Assembly: GCF_004010195.1 (NCBI RefSeq)
Contig: NC_057752.1
Location: forward strand, 13,999,727 to 14,063,726
Direction: 5' to 3'
DNA length: 64,000 nucleotides
Origin: Chiloscyllium plagiosum
Lineage: Eukaryota
Shown: positions 24,990 to 37,094 of the stretch, one piece after another
Layout: each line of letters begins with the position of its first letter
Position numbering within the stretch: the stretch's first letter is position 1
Position numbers and translations under genes: made by a program
Notes under the pieces: model-generated
What the model was told of the DNA's origin: nothing
The model's database searches: none
Seen by the model: only the letters and a program-made list of their open reading frames with translations

Positions 24990-25407
24990 ATCAGATTTGA
25001 AGAGAACAGCTCTTTGCTCTGGTTAACCCAAGTCCCTGCCCATTTTACTTCAAAGCAGGTTAACTGGAGAATACTCTCACACCACCTTTACTCTCTGTAA
25101 CTGGGCTGCACATCAGAATCAGCTGCCCGGATTTTTTTTTTTGCCAACTCACTGCCAATGGGTTCAGCGTTCAGCTGACTCCCTCGCACTTGCTTGGCAG
25201 ATTTTCCCTTTCTGCTGGCGGTGTGCTGGGCTCGAATAGACACACAAGGGCTCGGACGCTGAGGAGACAGGATCAGGCCCGCAGGAACACAAGCTGTTGG
25301 GACATCTTCCAATGAAAGGCCAGTGACTGTCTGCCAGACAGGGCCAGGAGGGACACAGTCTTTAGGCCTCTTCCAGATCAGAGGTGAGCTGTAGACTGAG
25401 AGGGAGG

Positions 25408-26125
25408 TCATAGAGTCAGAGAGATGTACAGCACGGAAACAGACCCTTCGGTCCAACCTGTCCATGCCAACCAGATATCCCAACCCAATCTAGTCCCACC
25501 TGCCAGCACCCGGCCCATATCCCTCCAAACCCTTCCTATTCATATACCCATCCAAATGCCTCTTAAATGTTGCAATTGTACCAGACTCCACCACTTCCTC
25601 TGGCAACTCATTCCATACACACACCACCCTCTGCGTGAAAGAGTTGCCTCTTAGGTCTCTTTTATATCTTTCCCCTCTCACCCTAAACCTATGCCCTCTA
25701 GTTCTGGACTCCCCCAATCCTGGGGAAAAAACCTTGTTTATTTACTCTATCCATGCCCCTCATGATTTTGTAAACCTCTATAAGGTCACCCCGCAGCCAC
25801 CAATGCTCCAGGGAAAACAGCCCCAGCCTGTTCAGCCTCTCCCTATATCTCAAACCCTCCAACCCTGGCAACATTCTTGTAAATCCTTTCTGAACTCTTT
25901 CAAGTTTCACAACACCTTTGTGATAGGAAGGAGACCAGAACTGCACGCAATATTCCAACAGTGGCCTAGCCAGTTCTGTATCCAAATGGCTAGTTCTCCC
26001 TGTATTCCATGAGATCTAACCTTGGTAACCAGTCTCCCATGGGGAACCTTGTCGAAGGCCTTACTGAAGTCCATATAGATCACATCTACCGCTCTGCCCT
26101 CATCTATCCTCTTTGTTACTGCTTC
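25408..26125 (-). mobile_element. CR1 LINE, internally deleted at ~25967
   Basis: DFSKAFDKVPHGRL...WIQNWL joins directly to RPLLEYCVQFWSP and the 3' end. Confidence 0.92.
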
Positions 26126-26254
26126 AACGGGACACATCCACCCCAGTCCACTTGGCCAGTATGCTCCTTGCTGGTATTCAGATAAACTGTGAGCCTCCTC
26201 CCATCCCCATCTTTCAATGTAGAATCATTTGTGTTTTAGACTCCAACACCAGGT

Positions 26255-26670
26255 TTTCTCGAGAGCAGAGGAGGCTGAGCGGTGGGGAGGGAGGGTGGGG
26301 CGGGGGTGGACTTGAGAGAGGTGTGTAAGATTGTGAGGGGCACGGACAGGGTGATTAGGAAGTAACTGAACTGAAGGGTCAATAACAAGGGGGCACCATT
26401 TTAAAATGGAAGGCAGGAGGTTCAGAGGGGGTTTGAGGAAAAACATTTTCACCCAGAGGTTGGTGGGGGTGTGCAAGGCACTGCCTTGGGAAGGTAGCTG
26501 AGGAGGGAAAACCTCACAATCTTTAAAGAAGGACTTGGATGAGCCCTTCAAGTGTCATAACATTCAAGGCTATGGGGCCTAGTGTGGGAAGTGAGACCAG
26601 TGTAGATTTAGAGCAGTTTAGTCAGTACAGAACCAATAGAAGGGCTGATTCTATACTGTATGATTCTGTA
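26255..26670 (+). mobile_element. CR1 3' end, old
   Basis: RGHHFK...IFTQRLVGVCKALP; (ATTCT)-rich tail. Confidence 0.7.
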
Positions 26671-26999
26671 TTCTTCTATTGCCTTCTCTCTCTCATCTCC
26701 CTACCTCATTTTTCCTGAATTGTGTAACACTTTGTTTTATTCAACCTGTTCAGCGATGTTGCTGGACAACTCTGGAGCAGGTGCTTTGTACCTCTGTCAC
26801 TGCGTGTGGGAGGGAGTTCCGACAGTCTCACCACTCTCCCTGGTGCAGAGGGAAACGTCAACTCTCCTGGTCCTCAGATGCTGCCTGACCTGCTGTGCTT
26901 TTCCAGCACCACTCTAATCTTGACTCTTCTCCTGAATGTCCGGTCGGATTTATTGATGACTGCCTACACACCCAGAGTGCTGTGAAGAGGCGGTCGCAG

Positions 27000-28935
27000 A
27001 TTCCAAGGTTGAAAATGTAGCCCCACTGTTTCAGAAAGGAGGGAGAAAAAGACGGGTCAGTGAACTTCATGTCACTGGCGGGGGAAGTACGAGAATCTGT
27101 CATAAAGGATGTGGTAAGGCAACACAGAGAAAATAAATGATCTGGTGAGGCAGGATTTAAGAGGCGGAAATCGTGTTCGACAAACCTGTTCGGGGTTTTC
27201 TTTTGATGATGTTACCTGATGATCATGGTGTAAGTTGCATTTTCAGAAGGATTTCAGTTCCACACAGGCCAGGAAACAGAAACAGGGCACCGGGGATAGT
27301 TAGTGATGTACCAGCAGACATTAACCCTTCCAGCATTCAGAAAAAAGCAGTGGGAAGCCAGAGGAATGGGAATCCTCACAAAACCAGCAGGAGGTGGGGG
27401 GGAGAGATAATATTTGGGAGTAACTAGCTCAAATTATAACAGAAGATTGCAAGAGTATTTTTCGATATCTAAAAGGTAAGAGAGAGGCAAGAATGGATGT
27501 TGGACCCCTGGAGAATGAGGCTGGAGACGTAGCACTGGGAAACAAAGAGGAACTGAACAGGAATTTTGTATCAGGTTACACAGTGGGAGACACCAGCAGC
27601 ATACCAGAGCTTCAAGAGAGTCAGGGGACAGAGGTTAGTGCAGTGGCCATCATTAAGGAGAAGGTGCTGGGGAGGCTGAAGGTGGATAAATCACTCAGAC
27701 CTGATGGACTACATCCCAGAGTTCTGAAGGAGAGAGCTGAGGAGATTGTGGAGGCATTGGTGGTGATCGTCCAAGAATCACTGGGGTCAGGGAGGGTCCC
27801 AGAGGACTGGAAAATGGCTAATGTAANNNNNNNNNNNNNNNNNNNNNNNNNNNNNNNNNNNNNNNNNNNNNNNNNNNNNNNNNNNNNNNNNNNNNNNNNN
27901 NNNNNNNNNNNNNNNNNNNNNNNNNNNNNNNNNNNNNNNNNNNNNNNNNNNNNNNNNNNNNNNNNNNNNNNNNNNNNNNNNNNNNNNNNNNNNNNNNNNN
28001 NNNNNNNNNNNNNNNNNNNNNNNNNNNNNNNNNNNNNNNNNNNNNNNNNNNNNNNNNNNNNNNNNNNNNNNNNNNNNNNNNNNNNNNNNNNNNNNNNNNN
28101 NNNNNNNNNNNNNNNNNNNNNNNNNNNNNNNNNNNNNNNNNNNNNNNNNNNNNNNNNNNNNNNNNNNNNNNNNNNNNNNNNNNNNNNNNNNNNNNNNNNN
28201 NNNNNNNNNNNNNNNNNNNNNNNNNNNNNNNNNNNNNNNNNNNNNNNNNNNNNNNNNNNNNNNNNNNNNNNNNNNNNNNNNNNNNNNNNNNNNNNNNNNN
28301 NNNNNNNNNNNNNNNNNNNNNNNNNNNNNNNNNNNNNNNNNNNNNNNNNNNNNNNNNNNNNNNNNNNNNNNNNNNNNNNNNNNNNNNNNNNNNNNNNNNN
28401 NNNNNNNNNNNNNNNNNNNNNNNNNNNNNNNNNNNNNNNNNNNNNNNNNNNNNNNNNNNNNNNNNNNNNNNNNNNNNNNNNNNNNNNNNNNNNNNNNNNN
28501 NNNNNNNNNNNTCCTGGGGATGAGGGGCTTGTCATATGAGGAGGGGTTGGGGACTCTGGGTCTGTACTCGATGGGGTTTGGAATGATGAAGGGGGGGATC
28601 TGATTAAAACTTACAGAATACTGAGAGACCTGGATAGAGTGGACAGGGAGAAGATGATTCCTCTCGGAGGAGAGAGTAGGACCCGAGGGCACCGTCTCAG
28701 AGTGAAGGGACAACCCTTAAGAACGGAGATAAGGAGGAATTTCTTCAGCCAAAGGGTGGGGAATCTGTGGGACCCATTGCTGCAGAGAGCTGTGGAGGCC
28801 AAGTCAGGGAGTATATTTAAGCCTGAGATAGATAGATTCTTCATTGGTAAGGGGATCAAGGGCGATGGGGAGAAGGGGGTTGAGAAACACCATTGAATGG
28901 TATAGCAGACTCAATGGGCTGAATGGTCTAACTCT
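27000..28935 (+). mobile_element. CR1 ORF2 fragments spanning a gap
   Basis: KSLRPDGLHPRVLKE...VPEDWKMANV; SRTRGHRLRVKG...FFSQRVGNLW. Confidence 0.88.
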
Positions 28936-29109
28936 GCTCCCACAGGCTGATGGCATCGATTAAGGATTGATTATTAGAAATGAAACAGAGTTGGAGTAAT
29001 GGGGAATTCTAATTGGCAGGCTGTGACTACTGGGGGACTAAGCTAAGGCAGTTTAACATGAAATCTACGCAGAGCTTCTGGACAAGAGGTAGGAAGTAAA
29101 GAAGGACAT

Positions 29110-29407
29110 TACGGTGGCTCAGTGGTTAGCACTGCTGCCTCACAGCACCAGCGTCCCAGGTTCGATTCCAGCCTCGGGCGACTGTCTGTCTGTGTGGAGT
29201 TTGCACGTTCTCCCCCGTGTCTGCTTGGGGGTGCTCCGGTTTCCTCCCACACTCCAAAGATGTGTGGGTCAGGTGAATTGGCATGCTACATTGCCCGTAG
29301 TATTAACTGCAGTAGTCAGAAGGGGGGGGTGGGTTACTCTTCGGAGGGTCAGTGTTGACTTGTTGGGCCGAAGGGCCTGTTTCCACACTGTAGGGAATCT
29401 AATCTAT
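29110..29407 (+). mobile_element. HE1/V-SINE
   Basis: Head, core and tail present. Confidence 0.9.
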
Positions 29408-29560
29408 TACAAACAACTTTATAAACCCTGTGAAAGCACCCCACCCAGTGGATAATTATGAGAAGTTCAGAGCCAGGCAACGCGTTTGCATCAGCTCCTG
29501 TTTGAGATTTCTAATGACTGTGTCAGGAAACGTACTGACTTTTCATCTAATCTAATCTAA

Positions 29561-31390
29561 TGTTGAGCCCTCTGGGCTGCCGGCTGCCCAGGCGGAGGAT
29601 GAGGTGCTGTTCCTCCAATTTGCGGTTTGGCTCGTTGTGGCAATGGAGGAGGCTGAGGATGGTCATGTCGGAAATGGAGTGGGAAGGGGAATTAAAATGG
29701 GTGGGGACTGGGAGGTCCAATCGTCCCTGAGGGCCCGGCTGTGATGGTCGGTGAACCGTTCCCTAAGTTGACGTTTGGTCTCCCTGCTGTAGAGAAGACC
29801 ACAGCGGGAGCACCTGATGCAGGAAGCTAGGTTGGAGGAGAGGCAGGTGAACCTCTGTCTCACCTGAAGGGCTGGTTGGGGCCCTGTGGATGGGGGTGGT
29901 GTGCCAGCAGGTTTTGCATCTTTTTTGGTTACAGATACCGGGGGTGGGGGTGTGGATTGGGGGTGGGATTGGTGGGGAGAGTGGCGTGAACCAAGGACTG
30001 TCAAAGGGAACGGTCCTTGCGGAAGGTGGACAATGGGTGGGGAGGGGAAGATGTTCTTGGTGGTGGGGTCTACTGGAGTTGGCGGAAAGATTTAAGGCTG
30101 AGACAGTGGATGTGGAGACTGGTGGGGTGCTAGGTGAGGACAAGGGGGACTCTGTCTTTATTGCGGTAGTAAATGTCAGTTTGGAGGTGGCAAGGGAGAG
30201 GTCAAAGAAGGAGAGGGGGGTGCCCGAGATGGACCAAGTGAATTGGAGGGGTGGGGTGGAAGTTGTGGGTGGTGTCGATGAACTGTTTCAGTCCAGCCTG
30301 GGGCCCTTCTGGGTATCCATGGCCCCACCCCCTGGATCTGCAGGAAATGGGAGGATTTGTAGGAAACGTTGCTGAGGGTACAGAGTAATTCAGCAAGGCA
30401 GAGGAGGGTTTTGGTGGTGGGGGATTGGAGAAGAAGCAAGTGAGGGCTTGCAGGCTGTCCTTGTGGGGAATGGATGCGTGTCCATAGTCAAGATGAAGAG
30501 CTGGAAGGGGGGGGGGGGGGGGGGGAAATGGATGTTTCTGACAAGGTGGAGGGTGTCGTTGGTATGTAGGTTGTAAGTGCCTGGACTGCCTGGACGAGAA
30601 TAGAGCCAAGGTAGGAAGAGATGAGTTCGGTGGGGCAGGAGTGTGTGGAGATGATGGGTCAGCTGGGCTAGTTGGGCCTTGTGGATCTTGGGGAGCAGGG
30701 AGACCCGGGCAGTGTGGGGCTGGGGGACTACGAGGTTTGGAGGCGGTGGAAGGGAGATCACCAGAGGCGATGAGGGCGCGGACAGTGTGGGTGACAGTGG
30801 CCTGGTGGACCATTGCTGGGGTCCTGATCAAGAGGGAGGATAGGACTTGATGTCAGAGAGCTGGTGTTCAGCCTCTGCCACATCGATTGGATTCCAGCAT
30901 CTGCCCGGTTTTATTTTGTCTCCAGCCAGTGGTGTGGGTGTTGGACTGGGAGTTTTTTTTTTTGACGCTGTGCAAATGCAGCGTGAGAGTGTCGGCGACA
31001 GACTGGGATATCCAGGTCGAGAAGGAGAGGGGGTGCCCGAGATGGACCAAGTGAATTGGAGGGGTGGGGTGGAAGTTGTGGGTGGTGTCGATGAACTGCT
31101 CCAGTTCAGCCTGGGTGCAGGGCGCTGTGCCAATTCAGTCATCGATGTAACGGTGGAAGAGTTGGGGCACAGCGCCTGTGTAGGTACTGAAGAGGGACTG
31201 TTTGACATAGCCAACAAAGAGGCAGGCGTAGCTGGGACCCATCCAGGTACCCATGGCCACCCCCTGGATTTGGAGGAAATGGGAAGAGTTAAAGGAAAAG
31301 TTATTGAGGGCAAGGACCAGTTTAGTGAGGCAGAGGAGGGTACTGGTGGAGGAGGACTGGATGGGCCTATTAGAGAGAAGGCAGGTAGAC
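29561..31390 (-). mobile_element. Rearranged Penelope-like element (RT plus GIY-YIG)
   Basis: LQIQGVAMGTWMGPSYACLF...FHRYIDD (PLE RT), LLPKIHK motif, GIY-YIG end; part of the RT occurs twice. Confidence 0.9.
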
Positions 31391-32249
31391 ACACCACTGT
31401 TCTGCTGTTCTCACTTCATCCGAACTATCAGCATCATTTCTCTCCCAGCACTCCACCCTCCAGTATTACATTAACGCTGCCCCCTCCACACTTCACTTCA
31501 GCACTGATGGAAGAGTCAGCTAGACTGGAAACGTTAGCTCGCCCTCTCTCCATGGATACTGCCTGACCAACTGTGATCTCCAGAAGAGGCTGTTCTGAGA
31601 TAATAAGGAGGTTTATTGGAATAAGGACAACTACATTTGGTCAGGTAGGATTCCTGGGACCTTAGCAAGCTGGTACAGAGAGATCTGCTCCCTCTGACCA
31701 TGTGTCCCATCCGTGAAATGAGTGGAACCACTTTTCTATTTTTCAAAGACAGATTCACAGCTCACGATCACTGTTTTGAGGACTCCAACTGAGGCTTGTT
31801 TCCGACATGACAGCAGTGACTACACTTTGCAAGCACTTGCACAGTTTGCGAAAGGCACTGTCCAAGTGAAATTTATTTCCTTGCTTTGTTAATGAGATAA
31901 AATGCAAAGAGATATACTGCCTTCCTTACAAGTGACAGTGGAACAGAATAACAACTCTGTGCCGAAGCAGACCGGAGGCCCGATCAACACTTCCAAGTGA
32001 ATTCGGAGTGACTTGGCCCTTTCCAAAGGTTCCAGCCGCTGCACTGAGGCCGACACTAATCAGGGCTCCGAAATTCATCATGTCGCGCCTGCGGGAAGGT
32101 GGAGACTGGAACAGACTGAGGTCTCCATCTCACACCCAACGGCTTCGGAAACATGGCCATTTCGCCAGCCAGTCAGCCAGAGCCCATCTCCTCTGACTGT
32201 TTCTTTTCTTTCTTTTTAGGGTTTCTTTTCCTTGGCAATGTCCTGAACA

Positions 32250-32527
32250 CCCCCCCTCAGTGTGGGACTGGAACTCACCCCTCAGTGTGGGACTGGAACT
32301 CACCCCTCAGTGTGGGACTGGAACTCCCCCCCTCAGTGTGGGACTGGAACTCCCGGCCTCAGTGTGGGACTCCAACTCCCCCCCTCAGTGTGGGACTGGA
32401 ACTCCCCCCCTCAGTGTGGGACAGGAACTCCCGGTCTCAGTGTGGGACTGGAACTCCCGGCCTCAGTGTGGGACTCCAACTCCCCCCTCAGTTTGGGACA
32501 GGAACTCCCCCTCTCAGTGTGGGACTG
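32250..32527 (+). repeat. Minisatellite, ~24-28-bp unit CCCCTCAGTGTGGGACTGGAACTC, running into a gap
   Basis: About 10 visible tandem units. Confidence 0.95.
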
Positions 32528-33584
32528 NNNNNNNNNNNNNNNNNNNNNNNNNNNNNNNNNNNNNNNNNNNNNNNNNNNNNNNNNNNNNNNNNNNNNNNNN
32601 NNNNNNNNNNNNNNNNNNNNNNNNNNNNNNNNNNNNNNNNNNNNNNNNNNNNNNNNNNNNNNNNNNNNNNNNNNNNNNNNNNNNNNNNNNNNNNNNNNNN
32701 NNNNNNNNNNNNNNNNNNNNNNNNNNNNNNNNNNNNNNNNNNNNNNNNNNNNNNNNNNNNNNNNNNNNNNNNNNNNNNNNNNNNNNNNNNNNNNNNNNNN
32801 NNNNNNNNNNNNNNNNNNNNNNNNNNNNNNNNNNNNNNNNNNNNNNNNNNNNNNNNNNNNNNNNNNNNNNNNNNNNNNNNNNNNNNNNNNNNNNNNNNNN
32901 NNNNNNNNNNNNNNNNNNNNNNNNNNNNNNNNNNNNNNNNNNNNNNNNNNNNNNNNNNNNNNNNNNNNNNNNNNNNNNNNNNNNNNNNNNNNNNNNNNNN
33001 NNNNNNNNNNNNNNNNNNNNNNNNNNNATGGATGGGTGCTTAAGCTAGGACAAATGTTCTAGCTTAAGCACAAGGCACAGTGAGGAGAATGGCTGGCACT
33101 GATGCCAGTCTAACCACAGCCACCAACCGGGCTATGGTCAGTTATCCTGTCAGCTGTGAGGTAACACGAAGTTAGTTGAAGATCAATGCCAATGGATGCC
33201 AGGATATTCACAGCCAACCTGCAATAGAGGAACACCTTTCCCAGTTGCCCTGAGCCTGACCCTTCCTGTAAAATTGGACAAAAGGATTATTCAGTACAGC
33301 CAACACTTGCATTCCCTTTCACACTGGCACCATGCCATGACTGCCAGTGTTACTAATTTACTGTGGATGGGAGAGGGATCGTCGATGCCAGTCACATGGC
33401 CAAGCTGGCATGCAGTGAGTGCCCTTCCCTTGGCACCAACACTTGTTGCCATCCACCTCTGGCTTCTTCAGAGGCACCTGCTCAAGCTCACTAACCCCAT
33501 TGTTAAGGACATGTGTCACTGTGGCACAGGTTGCAAACACAGTTTACGAGAAATAAGTGAAAAGGGAATGAATATGCAGATGAC

Positions 33585-33930
33585 CATAAGATACAGGAGC
33601 AGAATTCGGCCATTTAGCCCATTGAGTCTGCTCCACCATTTGATCATAGCTGATATGTTTATTAATCCCATTCTCTGCCTTCTTCTCATAACCCTTGATC
33701 CCCTTACTAATCAAGTGCCTATCTATCTCTGTCTTAAACACACTCAGTGACCCAGCCTTCACAGCTCTCTGCAGCAATGGGTCCCACAGATTCCCCACCC
33801 TTTGGCTGAAGAACTTCCTCCCTATCTCCGTACTAAAGGGTCGTTCCTTCACTCTGAGGCTGTGCCCTCAGGTCCCAGTCTCTCCTCCTGGTGGAAACAT
33901 CTACTCCACGTTCACTCTGTTCAGGTCTCT
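33585..33930 (-). mobile_element. CR1 3' end
   Basis: FFSQRVGNLWDPLLQRAV...FKTEIDRHLISKGIKGY. Confidence 0.85.
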
Positions 33931-34430
33931 CAGGGACAGAGTGGTACAAGTCCTGTGCTGGGGACAGGTCTGGAGCCTTACATAGAAGACCTTACAGCCT
34001 CTTGAGCCTGTTTCACCATTCAATTATCTCCTGGCTGGTCTCCAATCGAACGCCGTCGTTGATTCCATAGCACATGAGCTCCCTAATGAATGAAAAAACA
34101 CCCCACTAACCTCAGCTTTCACATTTCAATTGACCTCCAGCCTCAATAACTATTCCAGTGTCCCATTCGCCTTTGTAAAAGTTCTTCCTGACATCCGTCC
34201 GGAAGGGCTATGCTCTAATCACCTACAAATAATCACACAGTTTCAGCATGATTTCCTAAAAGGGGACAACGGGTGATCATTGACATTGTAACCTCTGTGC
34301 GGTTCACAGATTAGAGATTGTGGAAAGGGTGACAATGGGTGGGATGTCGAGCAGTGCTGGAACAGAGGATGCTGTCCTTGATATATACGTGCCAGATTGC
34401 GATATATTATTGCTGCCTAAAGTATTTCAG

Positions 34431-34550
34431 GAGAAAGTGAGGTCTGCAGACGCTGGAGATCAAAGCTGAAACTTTATTGCTGGAACAGCACAGCAGGTCA
34501 GGCAGCAGCTGCCTGACCTGCTGTGCTGTTCCAGCAATAAAGTTTCAGCT
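34431..34550. mobile_element. Mini PLE-terminus insertion forming a perfect 43-bp-arm hairpin
   Basis: Palindrome 34464-34550 with a 1-nt spacer; flanking direct repeat CTAA(A/C)GTATTTCAG. Confidence 0.8.
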
Positions 34551-35584
34551 AACGTATTTCAGAACAAGGCAGCGATGACTGTAGTTCTAAATGTTTAATC
34601 ACAGCACATTAAAACATCTCATAACGTCTAGGATTTGTGAGCTTTACTAGATTCCAAATGTCCCGGAGCATTCTCTGTGAGGTGACAGAACTTAATTCGC
34701 TCGCTCCACTCTCTATCGACTCAGTGTGCAAGGATCAGTTCCGAGTGTCGTGGTGAATTCTGCCTGCACAGACCACCGGAAGACCCAGGTATGCAGGGTC
34801 AGTTTGTGTACATTCAAACTGCATCAGCCTTAGACTGGCCAAAACCTATTCTGTCCAGCACTATTTCCCAGCGTCGCCCCGCCTCTGTCTGTTCTGTGGC
34901 GCAAGCCTGATACGTACAGAAAGTCATCAAGCTCAGTACGTACCCATCATTGATATTTTGTTCTTGGCTTACTCCTGTTGGAACACCTTTCCATAAGATC
35001 TTAACTAACGCCCACAGCACTAGACCAGCGTAATCAAACAAATAAAGCAAGCCATTGAGTACAACAGGTGTAATGACTCTGTAGTTAAACTGCAGAAGTG
35101 TTATAAAACATATCGAATGTTCCTGTACATTGTGTACGTAAACCACAATCAGTGAGCTTTCTGTCTGAAGCCTGACTTGAGAAAACACAATCAGATTAGC
35201 AAGGCTGAGACACTCACACGGCGTGCCAAGATGACACTTGGCATCTGATAAGGTATTTGTGGCGCAGCGTTGTGAGATGGAGATGATTGCTCTGTGAGCC
35301 TCATTGCAAAGTCTGCTACTGTCTGAAGTTTGAGGAGACAGCAAAACACATTGCAATTTTTTTCCCTCTGGGTTTGATGCTTCAAGTTGACATTTTTTGT
35401 TCGATAAAAAAACAAACACCCTGTGGCTGGAAAGACAGTTTGACACGTCAAAATTGTCAAAATTGATGCCGCAGACTAGAACCCAAATAATAGCAAAAAT
35501 ACCAAACGACCAACAAAGAAAGTGAAGGACGCTACTGCTGCAAAAGCAAAGCCCCCGTTTCCTTCAAACCTTCAGTGTCAGCCT

Positions 35585-36105
35585 CACACTCCATGGGACA
35601 GGGACAGCACGGGGTTAGATACAGAGTAAAGCTCCCTCTGCACGGTCCCCATCAAACACTCCCAGGACAGGGACAGCACGGGGTGAGATACAGAGTGAAG
35701 CTCCCTCTACACTGTCCCCCCATCACACACTCCACGGGACAGAGACAGCACAGGGTTAGATACAGAGTGAAGCTCCCTCTACACTGTCCCCCCATCAAAC
35801 ACTCCCAGGACAGGGACAGCACGGGGTTAGATACAGAGTAAAGCTGCCCCCACCGCCATCAAACACTCCCCAGGACAGAGACAGCACGGGGTTAGATACA
35901 GAGTAAAGCTCCCTCTACACTGTCCCCCCATCAAACACTCCCAGGACAGGGACAGCACGGGGTTAGATACAGAGTGAATCTCTCTCTACACTGTCCCCAT
36001 CAAACACTCCCAGGACAGGGACAGCATGGGGTTAGATACAGAGTAAAGCTCCCTCTAAACTGTCCCCCCATCAAACGCTCCCAGGACAGGGACTAGCACG
36101 GGGCA
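35585..36105 (+). repeat. Minisatellite, ~69-72-bp unit (GGGACAGCACGGGGTTAGATACAGAGTAAAGCTCCCTCTACACTGTCCCCATCAAACACTCCCAGGACA)
   Basis: About 7 tandem units. Confidence 0.95.
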
Positions 36106-36329
36106 CGTGGAGAGAGTGTATCTTAACGTGTGCTGGGAGTTCTCAGGATCCTGCACTGCCACAATGTCTTCTTTCTTCTTCCATGGGATTTGGGCATCAA
36201 TTGGTAAGGCCAGTATTTGCTGCCAATCCCTAATTGCCTTGAACAGAGTGTCTGTCTCTGCCATTTCAGAGGGTGGTTAAGAGGCAACCACATTGCTGTG
36301 GGTCTGGGGTCAGACCAGGTAAGGATGAC

Positions 36330-36562
36330 AGGCAGGAGGCTGGGACACAGCAAGCCAGGCAGCATCAGGAGGTGGAGAACTTGATGTTTCGGGTGTAACC
36401 ATCCTTCAGGACTGGGGGTGGGTGTGGGGGAGAGCTGCAGATAAATGGGGTGGCGGGGGCAGGGTGGTGAGGTGAAGTCAGGTAGAGGATATGACCTGGT
36501 TGGTCAAAGGGAGGAATTGAAATGGGTGGTGACTGGGAGGAGTGGAAGGGATGGGGAGGGTT
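36330..36562 (-). mobile_element. PLE terminal fragment nested in a SINE
   Basis: Reverse complement resembles 470-720; degenerate hammerhead core. Confidence 0.75.
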
Positions 36563-37094
36563 AAAGGACAGCAAATTTCCTTCTGCAAAGCACATTAGTG
36601 AACCAAATGGATTTTTACAACAATCGATGATTGTCTCAGACATGATAACCGTGACAAATCATCTTTCAATTCCAGATTTTCTGAGGTGAACTGAAATTGC
36701 AGCAACTGTTGTGGTGAGATTTGAACCCAAGTCCTCCAAGACCCAGCCTCTAAATGACTTGTCCACTACCATTTCTCCTGCAGTACTAGCATCGGGTCTT
36801 TTAGCACAGAGGAGGCCGTGTGGCCCCTCAAATATTTGCCGACCCATTTCCACTTTCCAGTGTTTGGCCCACAGCCTTGAATCTTATGACATTTCAAGTG
36901 CTCATCTGTGTACTTTTTAACGCTTATGACCTTACCCATGTCAATTATCTTTGCAATACCTGCACCGAAAGGGCAGAGGGGTGGGTCAGTTTAAAACCTC
37001 ACTTGAAAGGCCATTTGTGACAGTCCAGCATTGACTTTGGTGCTCAAAGGCCTTTGGACTCTGAGGAGATGGTGATCTCACTGATTGGTGCCTC

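Noticed and set aside
34814..35446. 210-aa ORF in unique sequence
   Set aside because: Non-ATG start, no recognisable domain, and composition like translated non-coding DNA.
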